Source: Phallusia mammillata
Taxonomy: Eukaryota
Assembly: GCA_965637545.1 (NCBI GenBank)
Contig: OZ281500.1
Coordinates: forward strand, 21,142,001 to 21,206,000
DNA length: 64,000 nt
Direction: 5' to 3'
Part shown: piece after piece, positions 1-14,232 of the stretch
How the letters are laid out: every line of letters starts with the position of its first letter
Numbering within the stretch: position 1 is the stretch's first letter
Position numbers and translations under genes: made by a program
Notes under the pieces: model-generated
What the model saw: the letters and a program-made list of their open reading frames with translations, nothing else
Told to the model about the DNA's origin: nothing
Database searches by the model: none

Positions 1-1477
1 TGTCTCGCACAGTTCGGACACAGAGTAACCAGACAAGCAAGTGGAAACCTTTCATAAGAAATGTTCGAAAGACTGACCGATTTGCGATTGCTTCTTCCTC
101 TAAATGAGCTCGAGATCCAACAGCTATTGCACTTTCTTTCTGCAAAATCAGTAAAACACATACAGTTGTTTTGTGTGTGGGACACAGTTAAAATGGTGAC
201 TAATATTTTTATACCTGCAACTAGAACAGTAAGTAAAGTAAAACATGTGTCTATGATGGGTATTTAATGTACTTAAAAGTATTAAAATGTAATAAGCCAT
301 GTTTACAGGTGCCCTTTTACAAACTTAACTTAATCTTACTCTGCAAACATAACTTTTAACAGCACAACGACTTACTAACATTGAAAAATCTTTACCAAGT
401 AACAGAACCATTGAAATGTGTGGATGAAATACATATATTTCACCTACCTGGCATCTTCAATTTTATAATTTCAAAGATTTTCTATTCTCAGTTATTTATT
501 CTCATAAACAGTGCATTTATAAACATCATCAATGACCATGCTGCCTGTCAAAGGGTCTGATACTGTTTAATTAAAAACTTACAGGTAAAGTAGTAATTTC
601 ATCAAGTTTTGCTTCAACTTTGTCGAGGTCAGAAAACCTTGTAGCACCATCACCATCAACCATGAGCAGTTTCCTTCCTCTTGCACTCATCATGCCCTGA
701 TAAAAAACACTGAATTTGTACACAATCATACTTTTACGGTTCCAGAAACTGTACAAAACCTACCAGTCTAACTGCTCCTCCTTTGCCACGGTTCTTGAAC
801 AGCGTTAAAACTCTAACCTTGGAAGGTCCATACTTTTCTGTAAATCCTAGTCCAACCTAAGCAAAATATTTCCAGTAAAAAAACCTCAGGCTAAGACAAG
901 CCAAATATCAATTTTAGAAAAGAAGCATATTACAAAATAGCAAAACCCAATTACCACCATGTGCCTTGCTCATAATGACCTTGTTTTAAAGAAAGGTCAA
1001 TGTTACCCCATTTATCGTATTTTAAGGTGGATACAAAAAGCTGAAATCAAAAGCACTTTTATTTGGGAGTTAAATGTCAGTTAAGCTAGGTGGAACCTTT
1101 TACCTCTGTAGTTTTGTCGGAACTTCCGTCATCAACAATAATGATTTCGTATTCATATTTGGGATTTTGTTTCTGTTTAGCTTCCAAGTGTTCAAGAGAT
1201 TCCACAAGCATTTTTGGGACTAAAAATAAAGGTAAATCAAGCTCTGATGTTTACAACACCAAATCACAAGTTTCTTACGTCGCTTTTCTTCATTGTAAGC
1301 AGGCACAATCACCGATAAATCGATCGTTGCTTTGTCGAAAATACTCGGAAACGCAACTTTCTTGTTTTCGGCGAGGAAATACTTTTCGCTTTCGTATCTA
1401 ACGAATGAAGTCATATCAAGCTTATGACGTACAGCAAAAACAATGTTTGTCTCGTCTGATACTCTTGTTTTGGTCAC
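1..1477 (-). CDS. ALG5: Dolichyl-phosphate beta-glucosyltransferase (GT2 family); partial, 3' end runs off the window and the true first exon is unresolved
   Basis: GT-AG exons assembled by hand: (<=1477)..1279, 1219..1104, 856..764, 696..583, 139..<1. They translate to ...LSVIVPAYNEEKRLPKMLVESLEHL...YEIIIVDDGSSDKTTE-VGLGFTEKYGPSKVRVLTLFKNRGKGGAVRL-GMMSARGRKLLMVDGDGATRFSDL...-KESAIAVGSRAHLEEEAIANRSVFRTFLMKGFHLLVWLLCVRTVRD, which are diagnostic ALG5 motifs. Confidence 0.93.
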
Positions 1478-2149
1478 CGAAAATGTTTTGATTTAGTAAC
1501 TGTTTGTAAACTGTTTAACTTTTTTTCGTTTTCTTGCATACGTTTTTACTGTAACGTCATCCAACGGGTATTCCCCTACAAAATAACAATAGTCGACTAG
1601 CAAATAGAAATCATTTAAATAATCGTGGAAAGTAAATCAAAATATATATTTTTTCGATTAAATAGACTTATACATCTTTGAATGCTATATTTTCAGTTTG
1701 CGCAGGTTCTTTTTCTTCCTATTTTAACAAAATTAGAAAAATTCGCAATGCATTGTTCGAACTGACGTGGGTTTTTCTGGCCCTAAAAGTATTCTGTTTT
1801 AAAAGACTACTTTACGTGAAGCTGCAGTAGTTAAACTTTTCTGTGTTTAAACGTCAAAATGTTGTTGCTTTGGAAATAAAAAAATATGCAAATATACAAT
1901 GATTTCTATGCGTTAAATTTGCTACGCCTGAACGCGCACGAACCACATGTGATGATTTTTTTGGACGTGCGATCTTGCACGAGGTAAGGTCAGTTTTATG
2001 TTGATTTGCATCCTTTTTGTAACAGTTTTTTACACTTTTTTGTTTACTATTATGTCTACTTACAAGCGCGAATGTCATGACTTCAAGCTATAGCTGTTGT
2101 TCTTGTGTTACAGAACTCAAACTCGTGTTATCTCTTGTTACTACAAAGA

Positions 2150-5719
<3,570 letters not shown>

Positions 5720-5775
5720 CAATTTCTGTGCTTGTCCATGACACTTCACTTTATTTTTTGCCCCTTCATCGCAGG

Positions 5776-5804
5776 TGACGTCAGAATCCGATATAGTGAC
5801 GTCA
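5776..5804. promoter_or_regulatory. Two perfect CRE palindromes (TGACGTCA) with 21-bp periodicity
   Basis: TGACGTCA at 5776-5783 and 5797-5804, within a duplicated gtgacgtcagaatc unit. Function is not shown. Confidence 0.35.
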
Positions 5805-6302
5805 GAATCATTTACCTACCTGTGTAGTTTCTGATAGCTTTGTGTCTGCTAAATTGGATCATAACCAAAATGGGTTGCCAAACCAGCTTCGTGCAGTCAA
5901 CCATGAATACTTATTTAACAAGAGGTCAACCTACACTGCCAAATGTCTACACAAAGAAAATTTATCGATGTACAGCTGCCAATTAAATTGTCCATTGCTT
6001 CATGACATCATGTGTTTTTCCACTGAGTTTTTGCATTAAAAAGTTTGTCATGTAAATAAAGACGACCGGTCTAGCCGTTTGCGTAAGCGCCTTGTTCTCT
6101 GTTGTTCCACTCTGCGGGGATTTGGAGCCCAGTTCCCCGCCGAGTCACCTCCTCACGCGCTAGTGTTATTTTAATTTTGTTAAATCGGGCGTTCACGGTT
6201 TCCACGGCGACGTACAAAACGTTTTCGGTCGGTTTAAACCTGCTACATTTCCCCTGTCGAGAGTGAAAGGAAAGGGCATCGTTGGACATTGACTGCGTAA
6301 AG

Positions 6303-9300
6303 ATGAAGATGTTAGTTTTGCTCGAAGTTGTTCTTCTTGCATCTTTTCTTAATGGTAAGTTAAAGTATGTATTTTCTTTGTAATCAGTATATATCATATT
6401 TTTGTTTTGCAAAGAGTTTAATTTTTTTTGTTGGAAGTGACATTGCAATACTGAACACGAATAGGTTATTTTTTTACAATTGAAACTCACTATGATTTCA
6501 TAAATCCAGCTTTAAATTAAAAAAAGATTTCACCACGAAATCGCTTGTGTAAAGTCTTTTACAAACACCAACATACTTTTCTAAAACAGGCATAATAGTT
6601 TTAGTTCTTTTTTTGCCATACATAGCAAAACTTTTTTGAGCAAGATTGTCGGAGACGTAGCAAATTATTGGGGTGAAATTATTTTATCCTACTCGTACTT
6701 CACTTACTAATGTCACATACGTTAATTTGCAGGTCAAGAAGCATCTATTGTGCCAATGAAAACCGAACCAACTCGGGTTTATTTGGAGGAAAGTGACTCT
6801 GTAATTTTGACTTGCGACTTGAATCCAGATGGGAAACCCTTACGTTGGAATCACAATTCTGAATTGATTGCAGTGATATCTGAAGGGGACAATATCCACT
6901 TTATTGTAAGTATGTAGACGTGTGTCCAGCAATAGCTGCAATGATTTGGGCTAGTTCGTAGCGCTTTGATCGGTTGTAGCAGAGTTGTAAACGGACCTGA
7001 AATAACCCGGCCCGAGCCCGAATCGTTTTGGAGAAGCCCGTTTAGGCCGGAAAGTTTGATTGGCAGGCCTAGACATTAAAGCCCCAGGGAAGACGGAGAA
7101 AACAAGCACAATAGACAATTGGTCTTGAACAAGGCGTTTTAGGGCTGTTTGACATTAGGCAGGTCCCGCAACTGGTTACTTTGCTAGTTAAATTATTCAA
7201 AAAATAAATAAAAATACGGACACAGAGTTTAAAGTCAGGCCCGTTTTTTCGAAGAAACCCAAGCCCGGACACGGGCCGACTTTTGGGTTGTATGCTAAAT
7301 TCAAGAACCACAATAGTAAACTCTTATACAGGTAAATGCAGAACCGTTGCTTATTTGACTTCTGTGTTCCGAATTTAAGATTGAACCGGATTCAAACTTA
7401 AATTTGAACAAAACGGGCTTGATTAGGGGCTCACTTCACTCTCGGCGTCATTTGTGTCTTAATTTCTTTAACTATCGGGTCCAACTTAGGATTTATTTTT
7501 AAAAATCGGATTTGGGCCGATTTTTTGGGTGGTAATTTCAGTTTGGGTCTCAATTTCAGATCCGCTTTCAAATCAGCTCTGGCAACATATAGGTAATTAA
7601 AAACAGTAAATTTTATTATTGAAAGTGTTTGAAAAAGGGGAATAATGGTTGAAAGCCATTCGTTCAGTTATTGAGTACAAAAAACATCTTTTATATATTG
7701 TAGAATGCGGCCAGAGACAATGGAACATACCAACTCCAAGTGCCGAGCACTGCTGGCGGGAATTACACAATGCGAATATCAACATTTTTACCGAACCACG
7801 CTGGGGACGTGATGTGCTCAGTCAGTGAAACGCCTCCGCTGCAAGCACGCCTTCAGCTTATAAGTAAGAATTATGTTGTGAAAGAAATGTTATTCCTACT
7901 GTTTATAAATTTATTTCCTAATGCAAAAAGTATAAAAAAAAACGTTCATTTAACTATGCACAAAATAAATTTCGCATGTTTTCTGTATTCATAAATGGTA
8001 GTTAAATCCTTTTTTTTTGTTCCATACTACATTTTTAACAACGTAGTATTAAATACGTATACATTTATTGACAAACAACTCTAAACATGCCCATGTCATT
8101 ATCTGTAATATAATTAAGACGTACTATAATTTTACGTATATCCTCATTTTGTGTGTCTTAATTTTAGCGCGCCTGGTAAAATATAAAATAACATCCAATC
8201 CTAGCATATTGATTCTGAAAATCATTTCCAATTCTGTTTCATTCTTGCGACGTTTTCCACCTGTTATATTCAATTTAAATAAGACATGGAAGATGGTTGC
8301 ATAAGCGAAGTATATTTCATGTAAAATAGCCTACTGATTTAAGCATGAAAATATTAGTTTTGTTAACTTTCGTAATTATTTTCAGAACCTCCGGACAGTG
8401 TTCACATTGTTGAAACCGACAGCGGTGCGGTGGTTCCCCTAAACAGCGACACCTACCGACATCGAACCACCGTAGACGAGTGGGTAAACTTAACATGCTT
8501 GTCGGTGAACTCTAAACCCCAACCCATAGTGCAATGGTGGTGGAATAGCACTAATTTGATCAATGATTGGAATTTCTTGATTTCAAGAATATCTACGGTG
8601 GGTGTGCATTGCTTAATGCTCGGACCAGAGTTGTAACTCAGGCCGGCCTTTTCGGGCTAGGTTCGGGTTCGGGCTTAGGTTTATTCTGAAAAACGGGCCT
8701 GATTCGGGCTTGACTTTACACTCTGTGTCAGTATTTTTTGAATAGATTTATCTAGCAAAGTAGCCAGTTGCTGTACCTGACCTAATGTCAAACAGCCCTA
8801 AAACGTCTTGTTCAAGACCAATTGTCTATTGTGTTTGTTGTCTTGGTCTTCCCTGAGGCTTCAATGTATAGACCTGCCAATCAAACTTTCGGGCCTTATC
8901 AGGGTTTTTAAAAACTATTCTGGTTCGGGCCGGGTTTCGGGCTTGTACTTTCGGGCTCTCGGCCAGTTTACAACTCTGGCTCGGACAATAAATTAATGCA
9001 ACTAGTTTTTCTGACTTTTTTGTCTGCAACTTTTGATTATAGAGTGTCAATTAGATTATAGAGTGTCAATAGTGGTTAGTTCTTTGGGTAGAACTGCAAA
9101 CACCATAACTTACTTAGACAAAATCCGTAAATGCCTAAAAAGAAAAGATAGAGGAACGCTGATTGTTTTGTGCATGCCTTTGGCTGTAAATGTTTTTAAC
9201 ACTTTAAAATATAAACTGTGTGGTTTCGTTTTTAACTCGAGGAAAATCGTTTAATTCTTAATTGTCTGGTAGGTTACCGGTGCATTCAACGGCAGTAGTA

Positions 9301-10591
9301 TGTTGTACTTACCTCCAGGGTTCTCATCAATTCTGATTGACTCTTTGCAAATCTTTAACGTTACAACACAAAGTAATGCAGCCATGTCCGTTGCAGACAC
9401 GTCAGGTATTTGTTTTGTGATGTAAAGTGTTTCAATTATTACCCAGCTCTTTTTGGACTGTACATTTTATTCATAAACAGATAATGTCAAGTTTATTGTG
9501 AAAACACTATAAATTGTATATATTGAGGCATGGCTTTTCAGCTTGCTGCTCCCAACAAACTGAAGTGTCGTAAGGGGCCACACAAGCTCAAACGGCCGAT
9601 CTCTCGTCTCTAGCTGCACTGATGAGACCTTATAGGCCGAAACAGTGTGCGCTGTCTACAGCTGAACCTACTCTTTCGCAATGCTATAAACCAGTGCTCT
9701 TCAACCTTTTTAGTGGCACTGAACCCTTAAGGTGTTTTGTCAAACTTTGCGGAACCCCCCATAAAATAATTTTAATGTAATACAAGTATCAAAGAAAAAA
9801 CATACATTTTACTTAACACACCCCAAGCGCAAAAGTTGACTTCAATTAAACGATTCACTGAAACGCATTGCCATGTTGCTTGGATCGGTCGTTTCTACAT
9901 TCTTACAACTGAGCCAAAGTGTATCAAGACTGTGTTTATTACGTCACAATGATCAATGGTGTAACCAAGGGTAACTAGATCGTACAGGCGAGCATTGCTG
10001 TTCACAACGATGACATTATGAATTATTCTTGTTTGAATTGCTACACCAAACCGCTGTGAACCCCTGTGCGACTCTTAAAGTTCACGGAACCCCTGTAAGG
10101 GTTGTACGGAACCCTAGGGTTCCGCGGAACCCCGGTTGAAGAGCACTGCTATAAACATTTGTGATTTTGGCCTTCTTTGTGTCAAACAGCCCAGTATGTT
10201 AAAGCTACATTTTGTAACATTTTCAAACATTGCCTCGTGTTACTAATTTCATAACAAAGTACTTACTTCTGTTTTTAGTCACTTCAAACCTCACTTTAGG
10301 TAACTTAACAAACGTGAGCAATTATTCCACTTTGGCGCCCCCTGTGGTGAATGACGTGATCGAAATCACGTGCTCAACTATGGTCGGCGACAGAGAATAC
10401 GTCAGATCCGTAGTGGTTCACGTCCGTAAGTATAATCATCAGTTTGCGTTTAACAACCAAGTTCATTTCAACGCAACAAATACAAATTACTTTTAGGAAA
10501 TGAATGGAACAAAGGACTAAACCCTAAATCTTCACAATGGACCATTTTTGGATTTCTGGCAGCTTCGTATTGGATAATTGTATTGAAATGA
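6303..10591 (+). CDS. Cell-surface Ig-superfamily protein: signal peptide, V-type Ig, C2-type Ig and a hydrophobic GPI-signal-like C-terminus, about 323 aa
   Basis: Exons 6303-6354 (MKMLVLLEVVLLASFLN), 6733-6905 (VILTCDL..LRWN), 7704-7863 (HAGDVMCSV), 8386-8597 (VNLTCLSVNSKPQPIVQW), 9273-9405, 10279-10425 (TSNLTL..IEITC) and 10497-10591 (WTIFGFLAASYWIIVLK*). Splice phases are consistent, total 972 nt, with 10 N-glycosylation sequons. Confidence 0.82.
6980..7581. mobile_element. MITE (cagagttgtaa-terminus family), copy 1, in Ig-gene intron 2
   Basis: Starts with cagagttgtaa and has a degenerate right end. Bases 7050-7205 are the reverse complement of 8732-8892 with few mismatches. Confidence 0.7.
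8626..8978. mobile_element. hAT MITE (same family), copy 2, inverted relative to copy 1, in Ig-gene intron 4
   Basis: TIR cagagttgtaa/ttacaactctg and a perfect 8-bp TSD gctcggac (8618-8625 and 8979-8986). Confidence 0.9.
9611..9664 (+). ncRNA. Type I hammerhead ribozyme with a complete catalytic core (family A), sense strand of Ig-gene intron 5
   Basis: UAGCUGCA-CUGAUGA-GACC-UUAUA-GGCC-GAA-ACAG-UGUGCG-CUGU-C^UACAGCUG. All core nucleotides are present, the GUC cleavage triplet ends at 9656, and stems I, II and III pair, with one A.C mismatch each in stems I and II. Confidence 0.8.
9692..10148. mobile_element. hAT MITE, 457 bp
   Basis: Perfect 15-bp TIR cagtgctcttcaacc/ggttgaagagcactg and a perfect 8-bp TSD ctataaac. 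Confidence 0.93.
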
Positions 10592-10866
10592 GGCCTTTCT
10601 ATATAGAGATGTAAATAATCAAACATGTATTGTAAATAGGTAAAAAATACAACTGTTTTCGAAAATACAAATACATGGAAAAGCTTGGTAAGCTGCCGAA
10701 AAGGCAGTTGTAGGCCTACCTGTTTCCGTACGTCACGCTTTTTTTCGTCCGAGTTTTGGGTTTACAACGAAGATCTTATGCACCCACGATCGCACCGCAC
10801 AGAACTTTACCAGGCACTTTTACGAAATTTTACGCGAAACAACAAAATTAAGATTTCACACAGTGT

Positions 10867-12980
10867 TTACAAGTATTTACTTTCAGGTTTATAAAACTTC
10901 CTTTTCCGGTTCTTGAAATACCAAAAATAGACTATTGCACAACAAAACACAATTACCAACACAAATACACACAAAAAGGTGGGGTTGGTGAAATATTGGC
11001 AAATATTTGCATTAGGTTGAAGCTCAGTCATTAATTGTCCTCTACTATAAAAAGGTTGATTGCAAAGAATCGTGTCAAAGCGTTTCAATGGAAAAACTGT
11101 TTGTGAATGAAGCCAAAACAAAAACTGGTTTGCCGAGCAGTCACAGCGCCACCTATTGCCAGAAAAATCGTACTCTGCTGATACGATGTCGATGTTACGG
11201 TATAGCGCTGTAGCGCCGATAGTGGCTGGCAAGGGACGGTTTTTAAACTTTGTCAAAAGGTCTTGATCTTCTAAGGCAAGAGTGGGCGACAAGAACCATC
11301 TAGAATCTAATAAAGTTAGCTGATTGTTTCGTATGCTTATGATCTGCACAGTTAACAGAGAGTCAAAGAGATAAGGCGAAAGGTAAGTAAGGTGGTTATT
11401 GTCCAACTTTAGGTATTTCAGGCTCTTCATATCGTCAAATGCTCCTGGTTGTATAGTTGAAATGCGATTGTCAGATAGTTGTAGTATTTTAAGGTTGGTT
11501 GTCGCTGAAAACGTTAGTTTGGTAACGGTTTCCAAACGGTTCTTGTTCAGTAACAGGGTATCTAATTTACTTGCGTATGCAAATGTGTTGTCTTCAATAA
11601 ACCCAATATAGTTACTCGACAAATCTACATGATCCAGGTTTTCGTTGTAGCGAAACGTGGTGTTCTTTACTCGTTTTAACCGGTTTCCTTGCAAATAGAG
11701 TTTTTGTAAAAAATTCGCATTGTCTAGCATTCCGTTTTCCAGCGTTTCAAGTTGGTTTTCATGTAGATCCAAAATCGCTAGTTCGAGCAAGTTTTTGAAC
11801 ACAAACTTTGATATAGTGCTTAGAAAATTTCGGGAGAGATCTAACTCCTTCAGTTTAAGAGCCATGTTTAGACTTTGTGGCGAAACATAACTGAGTTGAT
11901 TTCTTTTCACATCAAGATAATGGATGCCCCAAAGGCTGGAAAACTCGCTATCCAAAGACTTAAGCTTGTTATCTGACAGTTGCAAGTGTTTTAAGTATTT
12001 CAAACTCCTCAGCGTTCCTTCAGGGATCGGATTTTCAATTTTGTTGTGAGATAAATCAAGTTGTATCAGATTTGTGGAGTTACTGAGGGTTACTGGCGGA
12101 AATACTCCCTTTGCCTTAAGGTTCAGATTGTTTTCGATCAAGGTGAAATTGTTTCTTGACAAGTTTAAATATTCCAACGATGTCAGGTTTCTGAACGCTT
12201 GCTCCATGACTGAGTTTACGCTGCATCTGGAACGAAAATAAATTGTTGATGAATTTAAATGATCATAAAGTACAACAAATTCAAATTCACCCCAAAACGT
12301 CGTAAGAAAAAAATATATTTTAAGTATTATTTAACTTGATGTCCCGCGGACCCTCTACTCGAGAGAAGTCTTGTAACTTTCAAGATAATAATCGTTTGGA
12401 ACGATAACATTGTACTTAACGTCTTGTTTTGCTTTAAACGTTAAAATTTTGACAACAAAACTAGTCAATGAAAAAAGGTAGTTTCTTGTCATTTTCAAAT
12501 TATTAGTAAATTCAAGTATAACCAAAAAACAAAAATTAAAACTGTATGAAATGTGTAAAAAAATTATATTTACCCCATAATGGACAGTCTTTTCATTCGA
12601 AACAACCCTTTAAACATATTTGGGGACAATCTACTTAAGTTCCCGCCACTTATCCATATTTGTGTGATGTTTCTGTGCATGTCCCATGGAAAAGTCAACG
12701 GCACAACACTCCGACATGCTAGGACGTCTGGAAATTTACCCCGCTCTCCTCCAGTACATGTGCAAGCTGTCGGACAAATAAACTTCTTCTTTTTCCGTTT
12801 TCGAGCAGACGGATCTACAATATGTAATCCACGCTTTTGTTGATCAGCCGCCTTTGGCCTTTTCACACCTTTATGTTTTGCATAAAATTTTTTGGCTACA
12901 GTCACTTCTGTTTGAGTAGCTTCGTGCAATAAACTGCACATCAAAAGCAGCAGAGTTAAACTAATCATTCCAAAAGGCAT
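10867..12980 (-). CDS. Single-pass LRR membrane protein (SP, LRRNT, about 14 LRRs, LRRCT, TM, 15-aa tail; no TIR), about 588 aa
   Basis: Exons 12980..12574 and 12226..10867 join in frame (RLSIMG-CSVNSVMEQAFRNL). LRRNT is CPTACTC, the repeats follow LxxLxLxxN, LRRCT is NRWRCDC..CNQP, the TM is FLCVFVLVIVFCCAIVYFWYF, and the tail is KNRKRKFYKPESKYL. Confidence 0.9.
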
Positions 12981-13344
12981 CCTTTCTCATACATTTAAAT
13001 TCATCACATACATTTAACTGGATAATAGCCTTGCCACCGTTCATATGGATGTGTACTTAGGATCCAACTCTGTTTAAAATATAATTAATTAATGAGAGAA
13101 TAACGGCCCGAATAGACGTAAAAAGCGACATGCTTTATTATTCAAAGGTTTTAGCAAACGCTCATGCCATCATCAGTGATATGAGGCTACATCAGTCGAC
13201 CACGTATATAACCACTTAAGTCACATAAAAGATTGATAAAAAGGTGCAAAATAATAAATTAAAGTTTGATTTAATTTTGATCATTACAAAAACTCAATCA
13301 GAAAAGTATAATGCAAATAATACAAAAGTAAGCTAAAGCCTGGG

Positions 13345-13416
13345 TACACTGTACCAAGCTATCAGGTCGCATCAGTGCAGCTGGTGATAGAACATTGACT
13401 GTACAGACTAGTGTAG
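13345..13416 (-). ncRNA. Degenerate hammerhead (family A repeat) upstream of the LRR gene
   Basis: The minus strand reads CAGCUGCA-CUGAUGC-GACC-UGAUA-GCUU-GGUA-CAGUGUAC. It shares the upstream flank tacactag..atg(t)..tcaccagctgca with the copy at 5091-5165. Confidence 0.5.
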
Positions 13417-14192
13417 TCGCTAACAAGGCCCTCAACTTTAAGATAAGGTATGAGTCTAGGTTGTTTCAAAAATTTTTCTGCCTCGCTCACTATTTATCCT
13501 TCGGACAATTTTTGTTTACATGAGTATCTGATAAATGCAAACTTTAAACGCTAGACGCTTATGACAACTCACTTAACACCACCAATAAAACCACCTGACC
13601 GGTTTTACGGCGCAAATAGCGCCCAGACACGAGTTTGCCCCGAGGGGATATAGTCCTATCTTGCGCAGATAAGCGTTTGGACTTATTATTATCTATTGAT
13701 TACATTTCTTGTCTAAATGGGCGGCAATATGCAATTTATGACAGATGTTCCAGACTGCTGCCTTCTAGTTTCGCATTAGGGCGGCTGAAATAAAAGATAT
13801 TCATAAAATTGTAACCAGAAATACAAGCACTAGATGTCGCTGTGGCGCAGTTTAAAAAGCATAAAACATGAATTACCTTATATATCGATAAACGTTATGT
13901 AAACGTATTCATGTAAGCCTTGTTACAAAAACAGGTAACTCTAAAAGCATAAACGAACGTATTTTAAACATTTTAATAAATCCAATTGTAAAACGCTTCA
14001 TCATTTAGTTTCTTAGTAAACAAATTAGCAAACTAAATTTACGTTGTAGGTACCTGCAGATATTTAGCCCAGCCTATAAACTATTTCCTACAACTAAAAT
14101 ACTTTTTTGCAAAACGAACGCGTCGCACACTTAATGAATCCTTGTAAATACGGATGAAATTGTGTATGGAGTATACTAAGAGCACATCTTGG

Positions 14193-14232
14193 TGCAGACG
14201 TTTAAACAATCTCTGTTGTCATCATCAGTGCA
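14193..14232 (-). ncRNA. Minimal Penelope-type hammerhead, probably inactivated (G12>U)
   Basis: The minus strand reads UGCA-CUGAUGA-U-GACAA-CAGAGA-UUGUU-UAAA-CGUC^UGCA. Stems I and II pair and stem III is the palindromic ACGU. Confidence 0.5.

Noticed and set aside
6071-6490. 139-aa minus-strand ORF
   Set aside because: It overlaps the Ig-gene promoter and first exon, starts at a non-ATG codon and has no recognisable domain.
9036-9072. Short tandem micro-duplications (also at about 55008-55052)
   Set aside because: Ordinary slippage products.
13140-13180. Minus-strand CUGAUGA followed by a UGGC/GCUA stem
   Set aside because: There is no GAAA and no stem III or cleavage triplet, so it is not counted as a hammerhead.
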